From NCBI GenBank assembly GCA_018902845.1, contig JAHIPV010000009.1, positions 8,950 to 72,949 on the forward strand: a stretch of DNA of 64,000 bases, given 5' to 3'. A program made the position numbers and the translations under genes. This document shows, one piece after another, positions 63,669 through 64,000 of this stretch (its first letter is position 1; every line of letters starts with the position of its first letter). The notes under the pieces were generated by a model that worked only from the letters and a program-made list of their open reading frames with translations, did not search any database and was not told the DNA's origin. The DNA comes from Patescibacteria group bacterium (GTDB taxonomy: Bacteria; Patescibacteriota; Microgenomatia; UBA12405).

Positions 63669-64000
63669 TAATTTTGTAACCGAAACCTCTGATGGTGTGA
63701 ATTAGGGGTTTTTTGTTTTTAAAGGCCTTGTCGAGCTTATTTCTCAAATAACCGACATAAACTTCGACCGTATTGGGTAAAACATCGGCATCATAATTCC
63801 AAACATGATTAATAATTTGGTCTTTGCTTAAAATTTGTTCTTTGTGCTGTAAAAAATATTGTAATAAGGCGAATTCTTTTTTTGATAAATTTATGTTTTT
63901 TTGTCCGCGTTTTACTTGGTAAGTTATTGTATTAAGTGTCAGGTCAGATACTGAAAGTATGGATCCTGTATTGTTTTTTGGTCTTCTGGATAGGGCCTTG
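63649..64000 (-). CDS. OmpR-family response regulator (C-terminal part only; the start lies beyond the window end)
   Basis: Reverse translation gives ...LSKDQIINHVWNYDADVLPNTVEVYVGYLRNKLDKAFKNKKPLIHTIRGFGYKISDK, a winged-helix DNA-binding domain. Overlaps the kinase start. Confidence 0.7.
   Translation of the reverse strand, partial: KALSRRPKNNTGSILSVSDLTLNTITYQVKRGQKNINLSKKEFALLQYFLQHKEQILSKDQIINHVWNYDADVLPNTVEVYVGYLRNKLDKAFKNKKPLIHTIRGFGYKISDKQNV

Noticed and set aside
1-64000. Possibility that the abundant GC-rich repeats form a CRISPR array
   Set aside because: The repeats are heterogeneous modules in both orientations with irregular spacing. Many lie inside coding regions. No cas1 or cas2 genes are present. 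Only an orphan Cas4-like nuclease was found.
1-64000. tRNA, rRNA or tmRNA genes
   Set aside because: I scanned all intergenic gaps of at least 60 bp for about 75-nt GC-balanced segments with acceptor and T-arm pairing, and for GGTTCGA-like T-loops. I found none, and no rRNA-like conserved blocks. This negative result is by eye only.

Overview
This is a low-GC (~33%), gene-dense bacterial window. It most likely comes from a small-genome, CPR/Patescibacteria-like organism; that placement is an inference from gene content and compact proteins. About 70 coding genes are supported, mostly on the minus strand, and they fall into six blocks. First (434-13337), a cell-surface glycosylation locus: three GT-C fold membrane glycosyltransferases, a GT4 enzyme, an FkbM methyltransferase and a UbiA-family decaprenyl-phosphate phosphoribosyltransferase-like gene, followed by secreted Thr/Pro-rich proteins carrying a tandemly repeated Cys-rich module. 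Second (14875-28644), housekeeping genes: murJ, rpsT-metG, tatD, folD, map, a 2-oxoacid:ferredoxin oxidoreductase, an ABC exporter, rarA and corA. Third (34373-49259), a type IV pilus locus (pilM/N/O-like, four prepilin-like genes, pilC, pilB, a major pilin) with a sensor kinase and two single-domain receivers. This locus is interrupted by a VapBC-like pair and an AbiEi/AbiEii abortive-infection pair. Fourth, an iscR-iscS-iscU operon and an AmmeMemoRadiSam trio with a Memo-AMMECR1 fusion. Fifth, a MacAB/HlyD-like efflux system and a terminal two-component system with Spy/CpxP-like periplasmic proteins. Sixth, two BrnT/BrnA toxin-antitoxin pairs. No tRNA, rRNA, CRISPR array, integrase or transposase was found. 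The most striking sequence-level feature is a family of short GC-rich palindromic repeat modules with more than 30 copies (TTCGCTCGGGATGACA, GGGATCCTTCG, CCCCTGCGGGTGACTGCGCT, CGTCATCCTGA types). They lie in intergenic gaps and are repeatedly inserted in frame into conserved genes, including folD, korA, glycosyltransferases, a methyltransferase, both AmmeMemoRadiSam genes and a prepilin leader. The best candidate for an undescribed system is a 2.8-kb cassette at 55221-57981. It is bounded by 27-bp direct repeats that duplicate the 3-prime end of the FtsX permease gene. It carries a BrnTA-like pair plus three overlapping ORFs with no recognisable domains.
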